DNA of 64,000 bases from a virus. This document shows positions 1 to 9,621 of this stretch, piece by piece. The position numbers and the translations under genes are program-made. Each line of letters opens with the position of its first letter. Within the stretch, counting starts at the first letter, position 1. The stretch spans positions 1 through 64,000 of IMG/VR virus record IMGVR_UViG_3300006919_000045; one strand, given 5' to 3'. A model generated the notes under the pieces. The model saw nothing but the letters and a program-made list of their open reading frames with translations. It was not told where the DNA came from and ran no database searches.

Positions 1-1224
1 AGAGGCTGTTGGAGCTGCTGGAGTACCTGTAAATGTTGGACTTGCTAAAGGTGCTTTTGCAGCTAAACTATTTGTAACCGTTGTAGAAAAGCTTGCATCA
101 TCATTAAGAGCTGCTGCAAGTTCGTTTAATGTATTTAGTGTTGCAGGCGCGGAATCTACAAGAGCAGAAACTTGAGTATCTACATAACTTTTGTTTGCGA
201 GTTCTATCCAGTTTCCGCCGTGTGCAAAGTATGCCGCTCCAGTTGCGTGAACGTGTGCAAACATACCATGATAAGTTGTAGCGCTAGGTAAATCAGAAAG
301 CGCTGAATACATATTTGCGAATAAAACTTTACCTGTTGTAATAAAATCATTGCTACCAATATCAATATCTGCATTTTTATGTGCTATGGTAGTAGGTACC
401 CCAGTTAAAGAGCTATAAGCGCCATTAAATAAAGCAGTATTTCCTGCAAGTGCAGTTGTAGCCGAAGTTCCTAGTGTAAGTGCATCAGTAATACCATACC
501 CTGCTATAGTAGTAGGCTTACCTGTAAGAGCACTAAATGCTCCGCTAAATAAAGCGGTGTTGCCAGCAAGTGCAGTTGTAGCCGAAGTTCCTAATGTAAG
601 TGCATCAGTAATACCATACCCTGCTATAGTAGTAGGCTTACCTGTAAGACTTGCAAAGGAGAATGTAGTATTTCCTGCAAGTGCAGTTGTAGCTGAAGTT
701 CCTAATGTGAGAGCATCAGTAATACCATATCCAGCTATAGTTGTAGGTTTACCAGAAAGACTTGCAAAAGTAATTCCCGCCCCTCCTGCCTGTAGTGCAC
801 CTCCAGAACCGCTTAGAGTTACTTGGTTAGCGCCTGTACCAATTTTTAGTTGAGGAAGAACTATAGAAGTTGCATCTGATTCAATTGTTATACTGCCTAA
901 GTGCAAACTACTTCCACTTAGATAAAGATCCCTAAACTTTTTACTGCTCGTACCTAAATCTCGAGTCGAATCAGCATCAGGAATAATATTTTGGGCTACA
1001 GAAGATAAATCTATAGGGTCAGCTGAAGCATCAATAAGAGTACGTATTTCAGCAGCAGTAATTCCAGAAGCCAGACTAGGAGTAGTACCATTACTTAATA
1101 TGGCAGGACTTTGACCCCCTCCGGTCTTCCATGCATTATCTGTAGAGTCATAGGTATAGATAACACCTGCAACATTTACAGTATCTCCATTGCTTGGACT
1201 ATTTGGAAAATTATATGCTGACAT
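1..1224 (-). CDS. Tail fibre protein (partial, runs off the window)
   Basis: Not in the ORF track. ATG at 1224 with GGAG SD. Reads MSAYNFPNSPSNGDTV..., then GKPTTIAGYGITDA repeats, a YHGMFAHVHATG module and a DSAPATLNTLNELAAAL fibre motif. Confidence 0.85.
   Translation of the reverse strand, partial: MSAYNFPNSPSNGDTVNVAGVIYTYDSTDNAWKTGGGQSPAILSNGTTPSLASGITAAEIRTLIDASADPIDLSSVAQNIIPDADSTRDLGTSSKKFRDLYLSGSSLHLGSITIESDATSIVLPQLKIGTGANQVTLSGSGGALQAGGAGITFASLSGKPTTIAGYGITDALTLGTSATTALAGNTTFSFASLTGKPTTIAGYGITDALTLGTSATTALAGNTALFSGAFSALTGKPTTIAGYGITDALTLGTSATTALAGNTALFNGAYSSLTGVPTTIAHKNADIDIGSNDFITTGKVLFANMYSALSDLPSATTYHGMFAHVHATGAAYFAHGGNWIELANKSYVDTQVSALVDSAPATLNTLNELAAALNDDASFSTTVTNSLAAKAPLASPTFTGTPAAPTAS
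430..775 (-). repeat. Three tandem ~114-120 bp coding repeats (KPTTIAGYGITDALTLGTSATTALAGNT)
   Basis: Near-identical gcaagtgcagttgtagc(c/t)gaagttcct...gcatcagtaataccata blocks occur three times. Confidence 0.9.
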
Positions 1225-1238
1225 TATTTACTCCTACT

Positions 1239-2687
1239 TTAAAACGTAATGCTGCCATTGCCTGTGAAAGTATATACATAATATCCAGACCTACTACTAG
1301 TACTTAGACTATATGTACCTGTAATTGTATTTGCGGCATCTTGGGCAGCAATAATTACAATTCCATTGTTTCCTGCGGTTGAAACCAAACTACTATTATT
1401 CCAGATTCCCCCCTTGCCTCCATTACCTACTACACTAGCGCCCCCTCCTGTTCCATAAGAGCCCATACTCACATCATAGCCTCCTCCAGGACCGCCTCCT
1501 GCATAGTATGTTGCAACTCCAGTAATTGAAGATTGTTTTGCAGCTCCTCCATTACCTCCGGTACCTCCAGAAGCTGCACCGTCCGCACCTACACCCCCGG
1601 CTCCACCACCGCCACCGGCCCCTTGGTTAGAGTTATCATTTCCGCCGTTATTACCAAAACCTTTTCCACTATATGAAGCCTGTAATCCTAACCCTGGGCC
1701 GTCTGAAGCTCGACCAGCGCCGCCGCCGGAGCCTCCATTTAAAGCAGTTGATAAATCACTGCCAGTAAAGTTACCTACACCACCGCCACCACCGCCTCCC
1801 GTAGCAACATAAATATCAGACCCTCCAGTAGCAAAAGTACTATTACCACCTCTTGACCCAAGTGTATCCTGTGCTGTTGCAACTGCTCCTCCTGTTCCTA
1901 CTGTAATATTATATGTAGTGCCCGAAGAAAATACATATGAAGCATCTTCAACATATCCACCACCACCACCAGCACCGCCAGCAGAATGATTACCTCCTCC
2001 TCCGCCTGCAACCAGTAAAATTCCTGCAGTAACATCAAAGGTTAAACCAAAATCTACAAATCGAGTTGTAGTATTTGCTCCATCAGATGCACTTAATCTA
2101 GCTTTAAAGCTTCCAGCATGTGCTTGGTTATTACTTGCTGTAAAAGTATAAACTCCAGTACTTTGATTAATAGTAGTATCCGCCGATAATTGAGTAGGCC
2201 GTACATTACTTGCAGTTTTATATGCAATTCCATATTGAATATCAAAACCTTCTGGATCTTGAGCTACCATTGTAACTGTGCTAGTACTGCCGCCGGTTAG
2301 TGTTTGCTGAGAAGTCGGAGGCTCTGTTAAAATTACTGGAGATTCATCTCCGCTATCAATTCTATCCCATGAAGAGCCCTTTCGCACATACAAAGCATCT
2401 GTATCGTTTGCGTATGCTAAGTCTCCTTCGCTAGGGCTACCAGAAAATGCAGCAAAGTTTGCGTATACAGTTACTCCTGCACCTGACCCGCTACCAGACC
2501 CGCTACCAGAAGGATTTGTTTGCACCCACTGATTTGAAGAACCATCTTGATAATATACAAAAGTTTTTAATACGCTAGGATCAAACCATAAATCACCCGC
2601 ACTAGGACTAGTAGGTGCTGTTTCTGATACAGTTACAGAAGCTCCACCACTACCTGAAACATATCTTATACTTGAATAAGTTGCCAT
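1239..2687 (-). CDS. Fibre tip/adhesin with glycine-rich C-terminal domain
   Basis: APTSPSAGDLWFD module, an Ig/cadherin-like middle, and VAGGGGG...YYAGGG...GIVII...YTFTGNG Gly-rich domain. Confidence 0.8.
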   Translation of the reverse strand: MATYSSIRYVSGSGGASVTVSETAPTSPSAGDLWFDPSVLKTFVYYQDGSSNQWVQTNPSGSGSGSGSGAGVTVYANFAAFSGSPSEGDLAYANDTDALYVRKGSSWDRIDSGDESPVILTEPPTSQQTLTGGSTSTVTMVAQDPEGFDIQYGIAYKTASNVRPTQLSADTTINQSTGVYTFTASNNQAHAGSFKARLSASDGANTTTRFVDFGLTFDVTAGILLVAGGGGGNHSAGGAGGGGGYVEDASYVFSSGTTYNITVGTGGAVATAQDTLGSRGGNSTFATGGSDIYVATGGGGGGGVGNFTGSDLSTALNGGSGGGAGRASDGPGLGLQASYSGKGFGNNGGNDNSNQGAGGGGGAGGVGADGAASGGTGGNGGAAKQSSITGVATYYAGGGPGGGYDVSMGSYGTGGGASVVGNGGKGGIWNNSSLVSTAGNNGIVIIAAQDAANTITGTYSLSTSSRSGYYVYTFTGNGSITF

Positions 2688-5572
2688 TATCGCTCCGTTA
2701 ATAACCAGCCTTGGGCTGCGTTATAGTATACCAATCCAAATGCAGCTCTAGCAGTAGATACTGTTAAGTCCTGCGCCGCTCCTTGAATTTTATGTCCGTT
2801 TCTTGCTATTGTAATACTATTTGTTCCGGCATTTCCTGTGCCATCTATAATTCTTACTTCGTCGCCTAATGTTGCACTTGTAGGCAAGGTTATAGTAACT
2901 GCACTAGAAGTATCTACTATTAGATTATTTCCTGCCACTGCTGTATAAGAACTAGTTTTTTCTGTCCAGGTTGCAGCAGCTCCACTATTTGATACCCAAT
3001 CATAGTCACTACCATTCCAGCTTAGTACTTCTCCAGTTGCGGCAGTACTTTTATTTAAGTGAGTATCTACAGACGCATCATTGTAACCACCTGCTGAAGA
3101 TATTTCTTGTTGTACAAAAGCGGTTGTTGCTATCTGTCCAGTATTTGTTCCGCTTGATGCAGTCGGAGCACTTGGCGTACCTGTAAAACTCGGTGAATTT
3201 GTAGAAGCTGCATCTGTTATTCCATAGCCAGATATAGTAGTTGGCTTTCCTGTAAGACTACTAAATGCTCCATCAAAACCGGCTGGTTCTATAGAACTTG
3301 GATTTGTTTGCACCCACTGGTTGGAAGTTCCATCAGCATAGTATACATAAAGTATTAGCTCACTTGAATCAAACCATAAGTCTCCTGCCGCCGGACTACT
3401 TGGAGCAGAAGTAGATACGGATACATTTGCACCGGCACTAAATCCTGAAATAGCGGTTTGAACAAATGCTGTAGTAGCAAGCTGTGTTGTATTCGTACCA
3501 CTTGTAGCAGTTGGACCTGCAGGAGTTCCTGTAAGAGCCGGGGAGGCCAACGGAGCAGCATCCGTAATACCATAGCCAGCAATAGTAGTGGGTCTTCCTG
3601 TGAGACTACTAAACGCCCCGTCAAAGGCATCAGTGATACCATAACCAGCAATAGTAGTTGGTTTATTGCTAAGAGCCGTAAAAGATCCACTAAATAATTC
3701 GCTATGGTTTGCTAAGCGTACCCAGCTACCTCCATGGGCAAAATATCCTGCTCCAGTAGCGTGTACATGGGCAAACATACCATGATATGTTGTAGCATTT
3801 GGAAGGTTGCTTGTATTGGCAAACATATTTGCAAAATATGCTTTTCCAGTTGTAATAAAATCATTACTACCAATATCTGCATCTGCACCTGTTGTAAGTG
3901 CGTCTGTAATACCATATCCTGCTACAGTTGTAGGTTTACCACTAATATTGGCAAAAGTTACTGTAGAGGGAGGAGTATAGCTAAATACTCCGGTTGAATT
4001 ATTATAAGACAATGCTCCTGTTCCGGAAGCAGAGTTTTGTGTTACACTTAAATCTGTAAGTGCAATTTTACTTGCAATCGCACCTGTTACAAATGCTGCT
4101 GTTGCGATTTGAGTTGTATTTGATCCCGCTGAAGCGGTAGGAGCTGTTGGAGTTCCTGTAAGAACAGGAGAAGCTAAAGGTGCTTTTGTTGCTAAGGTAT
4201 TTGTTAATGTTGTAGAAAAGTTTGCATCGTCCCCAAGAGCAGCAGCTAATTCATTTAAAGTATCTAAAGCTCCTGGAGCTGAGTCTATTACTGCATCAAC
4301 TTTTGATTGAATATGACTTTCTTGTACTTGCCATTCAGGTTTCCCAGAAACTGTTATTGTCATATGGGAAACATTTGAATTACTTATACCGCCGGAGTAG
4401 TATGTAAAACTTTTTACTTTCTTATCTAAAGCATTTCCAGAAGCTCTAGTTATACTTGTAGTATTTGCAGTCGCAGTAGTATTATCGTGATATGTTAAAG
4501 TGCCTAAAGTAGGCTGATTACTGCCTGTAGAGGAAAAAGCTTCTAGAAATACAGGAATACTGAATGTTATACTTCCAAAAGGAGTACCCGCAGATAGTTC
4601 TAATCTTGTATCTGTTGCTCCTGCGGCAGGAATAGTTACACTTGCTGAAGAAGACGAAACTAAACTACTATCCAGAGGAACTATTGAAGAACCTGGTGTA
4701 GCTTTATAAAATGCTCCTGCATTAGTATCAAGCCATACTTCATCTAATGCCAGTATTGTAGGAGCAGTTTCTTGAAAGTACAATTTTGCAGTTGCATCTA
4801 TTTCTGCATACGGAGTAAGCGCCGTATTTACAAATGCGGTTGTAGCAATTTGAGTAGTGTTTGTACCATTTGTCGCAGTAGGAGCTGTTGGAGTTCCTGT
4901 AAGAGCCGGGGAGGCCAACGGAGCAGCATCTGTAATTGCATACCCAGCAAGAGTAGTTGGTTTACCTGTTAAAGAGCTAAATGCACCATCAAAAGCATCA
5001 GTAATTCCGTAGCCTGCTATAGTAGTTGGTTTACCTGTTAAAGAGCTAAATGCACCGTCAAAAGCATCAGTGATACCATAACCCGAAATAGTCGTTGGCT
5101 TACCTGTTAAAGAACTAAATGCTCCATCAAAAGCATCAGTAATACCATAACCAGCAAGAGTGGTTGGTCGATTTTGGATTATTCCAAAAGTAACAGAAGT
5201 TAGAGCATCAGTAATACCATATCCTGCTACAGTTGTTGGCTTGCCTGTTACTTGAGCAAAAGATACCCCAGTAAGTGCATCAGTAATACCATATCCTGCT
5301 ACAGTTGTGGGCTTACCAGATAAGCTGTTAAAAGCTCCATCAAATGCGTCAGTAATACCATATCCAGCTATAGTGGTTGGAGTAGACGTTAGGTCAGAAA
5401 AAGCTTTTTCATACACAATATAGTCTAGATTTTGCCAACTATTTGTGCCGTCTCCAACTTTTATCTTTTTAGTATCTGTTTCTAAGCCGAGCTCGCCCGC
5501 ATTAAGAACAGTATTTGCAGTAGTCCATGCAGAGGCAGTGTCTCGTCTTAATTGTATTCTTGCTATTGCCAC
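2687..5572 (-). CDS. Long tail fibre with Mtd_N-like N-terminus and repeat shaft
   Basis: N-terminal RIQLRRDTASAW...GELGLETDT...KVGDG; many GKPTTIAGYGITDA and APLASPALTGTPTAPT repeats; C-terminal DTSSAVTITLP...GDEVRIID module. Confidence 0.88.
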   Translation of the reverse strand: MAIARIQLRRDTASAWTTANTVLNAGELGLETDTKKIKVGDGTNSWQNLDYIVYEKAFSDLTSTPTTIAGYGITDAFDGAFNSLSGKPTTVAGYGITDALTGVSFAQVTGKPTTVAGYGITDALTSVTFGIIQNRPTTLAGYGITDAFDGAFSSLTGKPTTISGYGITDAFDGAFSSLTGKPTTIAGYGITDAFDGAFSSLTGKPTTLAGYAITDAAPLASPALTGTPTAPTATNGTNTTQIATTAFVNTALTPYAEIDATAKLYFQETAPTILALDEVWLDTNAGAFYKATPGSSIVPLDSSLVSSSSASVTIPAAGATDTRLELSAGTPFGSITFSIPVFLEAFSSTGSNQPTLGTLTYHDNTTATANTTSITRASGNALDKKVKSFTYYSGGISNSNVSHMTITVSGKPEWQVQESHIQSKVDAVIDSAPGALDTLNELAAALGDDANFSTTLTNTLATKAPLASPVLTGTPTAPTASAGSNTTQIATAAFVTGAIASKIALTDLSVTQNSASGTGALSYNNSTGVFSYTPPSTVTFANISGKPTTVAGYGITDALTTGADADIGSNDFITTGKAYFANMFANTSNLPNATTYHGMFAHVHATGAGYFAHGGSWVRLANHSELFSGSFTALSNKPTTIAGYGITDAFDGAFSSLTGRPTTIAGYGITDAAPLASPALTGTPAGPTATSGTNTTQLATTAFVQTAISGFSAGANVSVSTSAPSSPAAGDLWFDSSELILYVYYADGTSNQWVQTNPSSIEPAGFDGAFSSLTGKPTTISGYGITDAASTNSPSFTGTPSAPTASSGTNTGQIATTAFVQQEISSAGGYNDASVDTHLNKSTAATGEVLSWNGSDYDWVSNSGAAATWTEKTSSYTAVAGNNLIVDTSSAVTITLPTSATLGDEVRIIDGTGNAGTNSITIARNGHKIQGAAQDLTVSTARAAFGLVYYNAAQGWLLTER
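4930..5390 (-). repeat. Tandem 60-66 bp coding repeats (GKPTTxAGYGITDAFDGAFSSLT)
   Basis: About seven consecutive copies are visible in both DNA and protein. Confidence 0.9.
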
Positions 5573-7506
5573 TATGCACTGCCCCCGTCTAGTATTATCT
5601 GGATAGAAGTTGCCGCTGTTGTAGCTGTACCTCCATCCACTATAAAGTCTATTCCTGCACCCCCGCCTCCGCCTACTAGTCCATTTTCAAATCTTGATGT
5701 AGTAGAATTATATACGATCCCATGTCCATTTAAAGGATTATTTATAACAACATCTGATAATGTATTTAATGGGGTAGCTGCAATTTTATTTGCAACATAT
5801 GCGGTTGTTGCAATTTGTGTACTTTCTTCGCTTGTACCTGCCGTTGTAGCAGTGGGTGTTCCTGTAAGATTTGCGTTGTGCTGACTTGGAGCAGTTGCTG
5901 CAATTTTACTTGTTACATATGCTGTTGTAGCAATTTGTGTGGAAGGGTTATCGCCTACTCCTGCAGTAGGTGCTGTTGGAGTACCTGTTAACGCAGGACT
6001 TGCTTTTTCAGCAAAAATTCCTAAATTTGGAGGAGTAAAAGAAAACACTCCTGTTGCAGCATTATAGCTCAATCCACCATTAGAACTAGCTGCTAGTGTA
6101 GAAATAGAAAAATCTGACAAACTTACTTTATCTTGATTTAGTACATATGGATCAATTGGTGTACTAAATAAAAATAACTCTGTTGTACTTGTTGCTATTC
6201 CTACCTTTTTTGTTGTACTTGAGGCTGTTTCTGTTAAAACTCCGCCAGTAGTTATATGATAAACAGCATTTGCAGTTAAATTACTAAAACCTGTTACAGG
6301 GCCATGTACAATTACAAATCCACTACCATTCGATTCGATTCGGGCTTCTGTAAATCCTATAAAAGAGTTTAAATTTCCGCTTACTACATCTACTAGTTCG
6401 CCATTTGAATCTAAACATACTGGAGTTCTTGCAGATATTACTGTACCGGCTGAAGCAAAAGTACCTCTTAATTTATTATATCCTGTAGCTTTTGAGATTT
6501 TCTCATCTAGTACAGTCGAAAAAATTCCACTAGAGATAACATTTTCTGCATCTCCAATCGAAGTACCGTCTGGAAGATTTACGCCTCCATTTGTATTACC
6601 AGAAATAGAATCATCCCCAATAAACAGAGTATTGATTGCGAGCCTACCAGTATTTGCAAATATTGTTCCAAAAGGCTGTGTAGCGCTTCCTATATTTTGT
6701 TGATCTGTTTTTGGAAGAATGTCTCCCTTTATATAAATATCGTTAAATTCTTTTCCAGAGGCTCCTAAATCAAGAAGTACACTTCCACTTGTAGGAACAA
6801 TACTAACTGAAGTATTTTGTAATTCCGTTCTAATTTTTTGCGCCGTGTACAGCGTTGTTGCAATTTTTGTACTTTCATCCGTCAAAATTGGATTTGTTGT
6901 CATTGACGGAGACCCTGTAAAAATAGGGCTATTTGAAGGTGCTACAGTATTTCTACTAAGTATTGATTTCGAACTCTGTGCAGGTAGATCTGGAAAATGA
7001 TCAAAACTTGCAGGAATATTTCCGTTAGTTGTAAAAGAAGGCCCCGCTTTCGGGGCTAAAGTATTAATTGCAGCAATTAAGTTTGTTTTTGTCGAAGTTG
7101 TCAGTGCTGCAAGACTTGTACTTTCATTTGCGCCAGGAGCCGCTGTTCCTCCCAGTTGCTTTTCTAGTGTAAATACACGAGAAACAGCTGCATTTAAGTT
7201 AATTGATGTATTTTTATGTATTCTTTGAAACTCAAACTCAGAGTCTAATATTGCTTGCTTTAAGTTTACAATATTACTATCAACTTCTTCAATGCTTAAA
7301 AGCTGATGTGATAATTTAGAGGAAACATCAGTAAGGTTTGTTGCTCCAAAAGTGTATTGCTGAAGTTTATTTTTAGTAACTACAGTTGTATTTTCACCAA
7401 TAGCACTTTCCCACAGGCCGATACTAGAATTATAATTCCAAGTAATACCGAACTCAGTGTGAGCCTGTCCGTTGGACGGGCCTGCAGGAAAGGTAGGTGA
7501 ACTCAT
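5572..7506 (-). CDS. Tail fibre/fibre adaptor protein
   Basis: N-terminal TFPAGPSNG module, a coiled coil, TQIATTAYV repeats and C-terminal DGG motifs. Confidence 0.75.
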   Translation of the reverse strand: MSSPTFPAGPSNGQAHTEFGITWNYNSSIGLWESAIGENTTVVTKNKLQQYTFGATNLTDVSSKLSHQLLSIEEVDSNIVNLKQAILDSEFEFQRIHKNTSINLNAAVSRVFTLEKQLGGTAAPGANESTSLAALTTSTKTNLIAAINTLAPKAGPSFTTNGNIPASFDHFPDLPAQSSKSILSRNTVAPSNSPIFTGSPSMTTNPILTDESTKIATTLYTAQKIRTELQNTSVSIVPTSGSVLLDLGASGKEFNDIYIKGDILPKTDQQNIGSATQPFGTIFANTGRLAINTLFIGDDSISGNTNGGVNLPDGTSIGDAENVISSGIFSTVLDEKISKATGYNKLRGTFASAGTVISARTPVCLDSNGELVDVVSGNLNSFIGFTEARIESNGSGFVIVHGPVTGFSNLTANAVYHITTGGVLTETASSTTKKVGIATSTTELFLFSTPIDPYVLNQDKVSLSDFSISTLAASSNGGLSYNAATGVFSFTPPNLGIFAEKASPALTGTPTAPTAGVGDNPSTQIATTAYVTSKIAATAPSQHNANLTGTPTATTAGTSEESTQIATTAYVANKIAATPLNTLSDVVINNPLNGHGIVYNSTTSRFENGLVGGGGGAGIDFIVDGGTATTAATSIQIILDGGSA

Positions 7507-7516
7507 TTACGGTCTC

Positions 7517-9610
7517 TTATGAAACGCTGTTATCCGTAAGCTGAACAGACCAAGTAATCTGAAGGGTATCCGATACAGCTTTATTGATAGGATCAAAAGT
7601 AGTACGGCAAAGCATTGTTTGTGTAATCGGACCTTGAGTAAAGCCTCGAGCATTTGCAATAACTTTTTCGTTACCTCCAGTTAATACGTCTTTGATTTCT
7701 TGATGCTCAACATTTTTTCCAATAGCTAAAGGAACTGTTTGATTAGCACCTGTAATCGCAGTATTTTGATTAGCATCTCTAGCATCTTGATTTGCTTTAT
7801 TTGCAGGAGAGCTTCCAACCGTACGATTGAAAATATCAAAAATACCTACATCTTTCTTGTGATTATTAAAGATACCGGCTTCTGTAATCGGATAAACTCC
7901 ATCTTGAGGGGAGTTTATATGCGTATACGCAGCACCTCCTGTAGAATTAGCCATGCCTTCCTCAGTAAGAGGCAGGTAGTCTGTTTCAAGACGAGGATTG
8001 TGCTCTTTAAAAGTTCCAATATAAACAATTCTTTTGCCTACTTTCTTAGTTCCTGCTTGAGCATTTGCAGTATAAACATCATTTGAACTATAGTTAAGTA
8101 GATTAGCAGTTGGAATAGTATAATTTACAGCACTACCAACTTTTTGCAATCCACCAACTACACCGTAGTTATTCTCATTTTTTGGGTAACCTTCGGCTTG
8201 AGTTCCTGCATCTTCTACAATACTGCCACCAAGTTCAGAACCTTGGAAAATACCATCTACAGAAGTACCGAATTGCTCAAATACAGTTCCTAAAAGGAAA
8301 TTATCTTCTCCCTCTGCACGACCAGAAGGCTTATTCTCTGCAGTTCCCAAAAAGGGAAAACCTGCCCGAGTTGTTCCTGTAATTGGAACAGAATATCCTG
8401 TTAGAGTTGGAGTCTCTTGTCCCGCAGTATCAGTATAAGACGCAGCATTTGGAAAACTTGCTGCACTACTATCTGTATTGAACAGTCGAGGCCTTTCAAT
8501 TTGACGCTCATAAAAAGCTCCGATTCGACCCCTTTGAATACCCAGAAGACTTATATCATTTTCAAACGGAGCAGAGCCGCCGTTTGCTACAAGGAATGGG
8601 CCTCTACTAGATGATGCTGTAGCTGAAAATATACCTGCGCTTCCTCCGGTGATTCCATCAGGTTTACCATTTGCAGTTTTATCTCCGCCAAAATCCATAT
8701 GAACTCGCGTAGAGTCAAAAGTAGGATGCATTAATGCAGCAGTATTTAATCCAAGATCTGTTCTTTCTTCTGACTTATTTTTTAGGCGTCCAACATACTC
8801 TACATCTAAGAATAGAGTACCAGATGCACCAGCAGCGATTTGAGCAGCAATTGCAGTATTATTTTTAACAAGAGTTGCAGGATTAGTGCCTTTTGCATTA
8901 CCAAGCACGGCATCCAGCTTAATTGTAACCGCACCTGATAAAGTATTTCCATTTGCATCTTTACCACTAATAATTTCTTTTATGGTAAGCATACTGTCCG
9001 TTGGCTCTACTAGAGTGCCTCCTGCTGAGGTTCTTAATCCAACTACTCGAAGAGCATCTCCACCACGAAGAGTTCTAAAAGTTTTAATTTGATTGCTATT
9101 TGCACTTGTGCTATTAATAACAAAATAGCCTATACCGCCTACTTCTTGATAAACGGCGCCTCCTCCTGTAATAGCTGTTAAGTTAAGATCTTGTTCAATA
9201 GCATAATCTGTAGCAAGACTAGAATCTTTCATAAGCTGAACTCGACGGCCTCGCTCATTTTGCAGCATTCTATCAAAAGTTGCTGCTTCAGATGCTTTTT
9301 TCAGATCAAGAGTGCCAAAAGTTCTATCTTCATATAGATTTTGAACACTGTTGCTATCTCGAGTAGATGTAGTGGTATGAGTACCATTCTGACCTGCAGC
9401 ACCCACTCCGATGCCCATATGACTCATCATGCGTGGCATAATATGAGCTCCCGCCTTATCTTGATTATCATCAATCATGCGGCCAATCATATGTGCAATA
9501 CCATAATCAGTTACTTTATTGCGAATTGTTTTATGTTGCTTCACCTTGCCGTCCTTATCTCGAAGAACGAGGTTTACAACCCCCTTTAATCGACAATCGT
9601 CTTTATACAT
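7517..9610 (-). CDS. Tail collar/fibre-anchor-type protein with large insertions
   Basis: Core motifs LKGVVNLVL..N.VT..G, MSHMGIG, ITEAGIFN and TMLCRTTF..INK..SDTLQITW are separated by long inserts. Confidence 0.65.
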   Translation of the reverse strand: MYKDDCRLKGVVNLVLRDKDGKVKQHKTIRNKVTDYGIAHMIGRMIDDNQDKAGAHIMPRMMSHMGIGVGAAGQNGTHTTTSTRDSNSVQNLYEDRTFGTLDLKKASEAATFDRMLQNERGRRVQLMKDSSLATDYAIEQDLNLTAITGGGAVYQEVGGIGYFVINSTSANSNQIKTFRTLRGGDALRVVGLRTSAGGTLVEPTDSMLTIKEIISGKDANGNTLSGAVTIKLDAVLGNAKGTNPATLVKNNTAIAAQIAAGASGTLFLDVEYVGRLKNKSEERTDLGLNTAALMHPTFDSTRVHMDFGGDKTANGKPDGITGGSAGIFSATASSSRGPFLVANGGSAPFENDISLLGIQRGRIGAFYERQIERPRLFNTDSSAASFPNAASYTDTAGQETPTLTGYSVPITGTTRAGFPFLGTAENKPSGRAEGEDNFLLGTVFEQFGTSVDGIFQGSELGGSIVEDAGTQAEGYPKNENNYGVVGGLQKVGSAVNYTIPTANLLNYSSNDVYTANAQAGTKKVGKRIVYIGTFKEHNPRLETDYLPLTEEGMANSTGGAAYTHINSPQDGVYPITEAGIFNNHKKDVGIFDIFNRTVGSSPANKANQDARDANQNTAITGANQTVPLAIGKNVEHQEIKDVLTGGNEKVIANARGFTQGPITQTMLCRTTFDPINKAVSDTLQITWSVQLTDNSVS

Positions 9611-9621
9611 TTAATTTCTCC

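Noticed and set aside
2687-5572. Diversity-generating retroelement suggested by the Mtd_N-like domain
   Set aside because: No reverse transcriptase or adenine-variable TR/VR pair was seen in the window.
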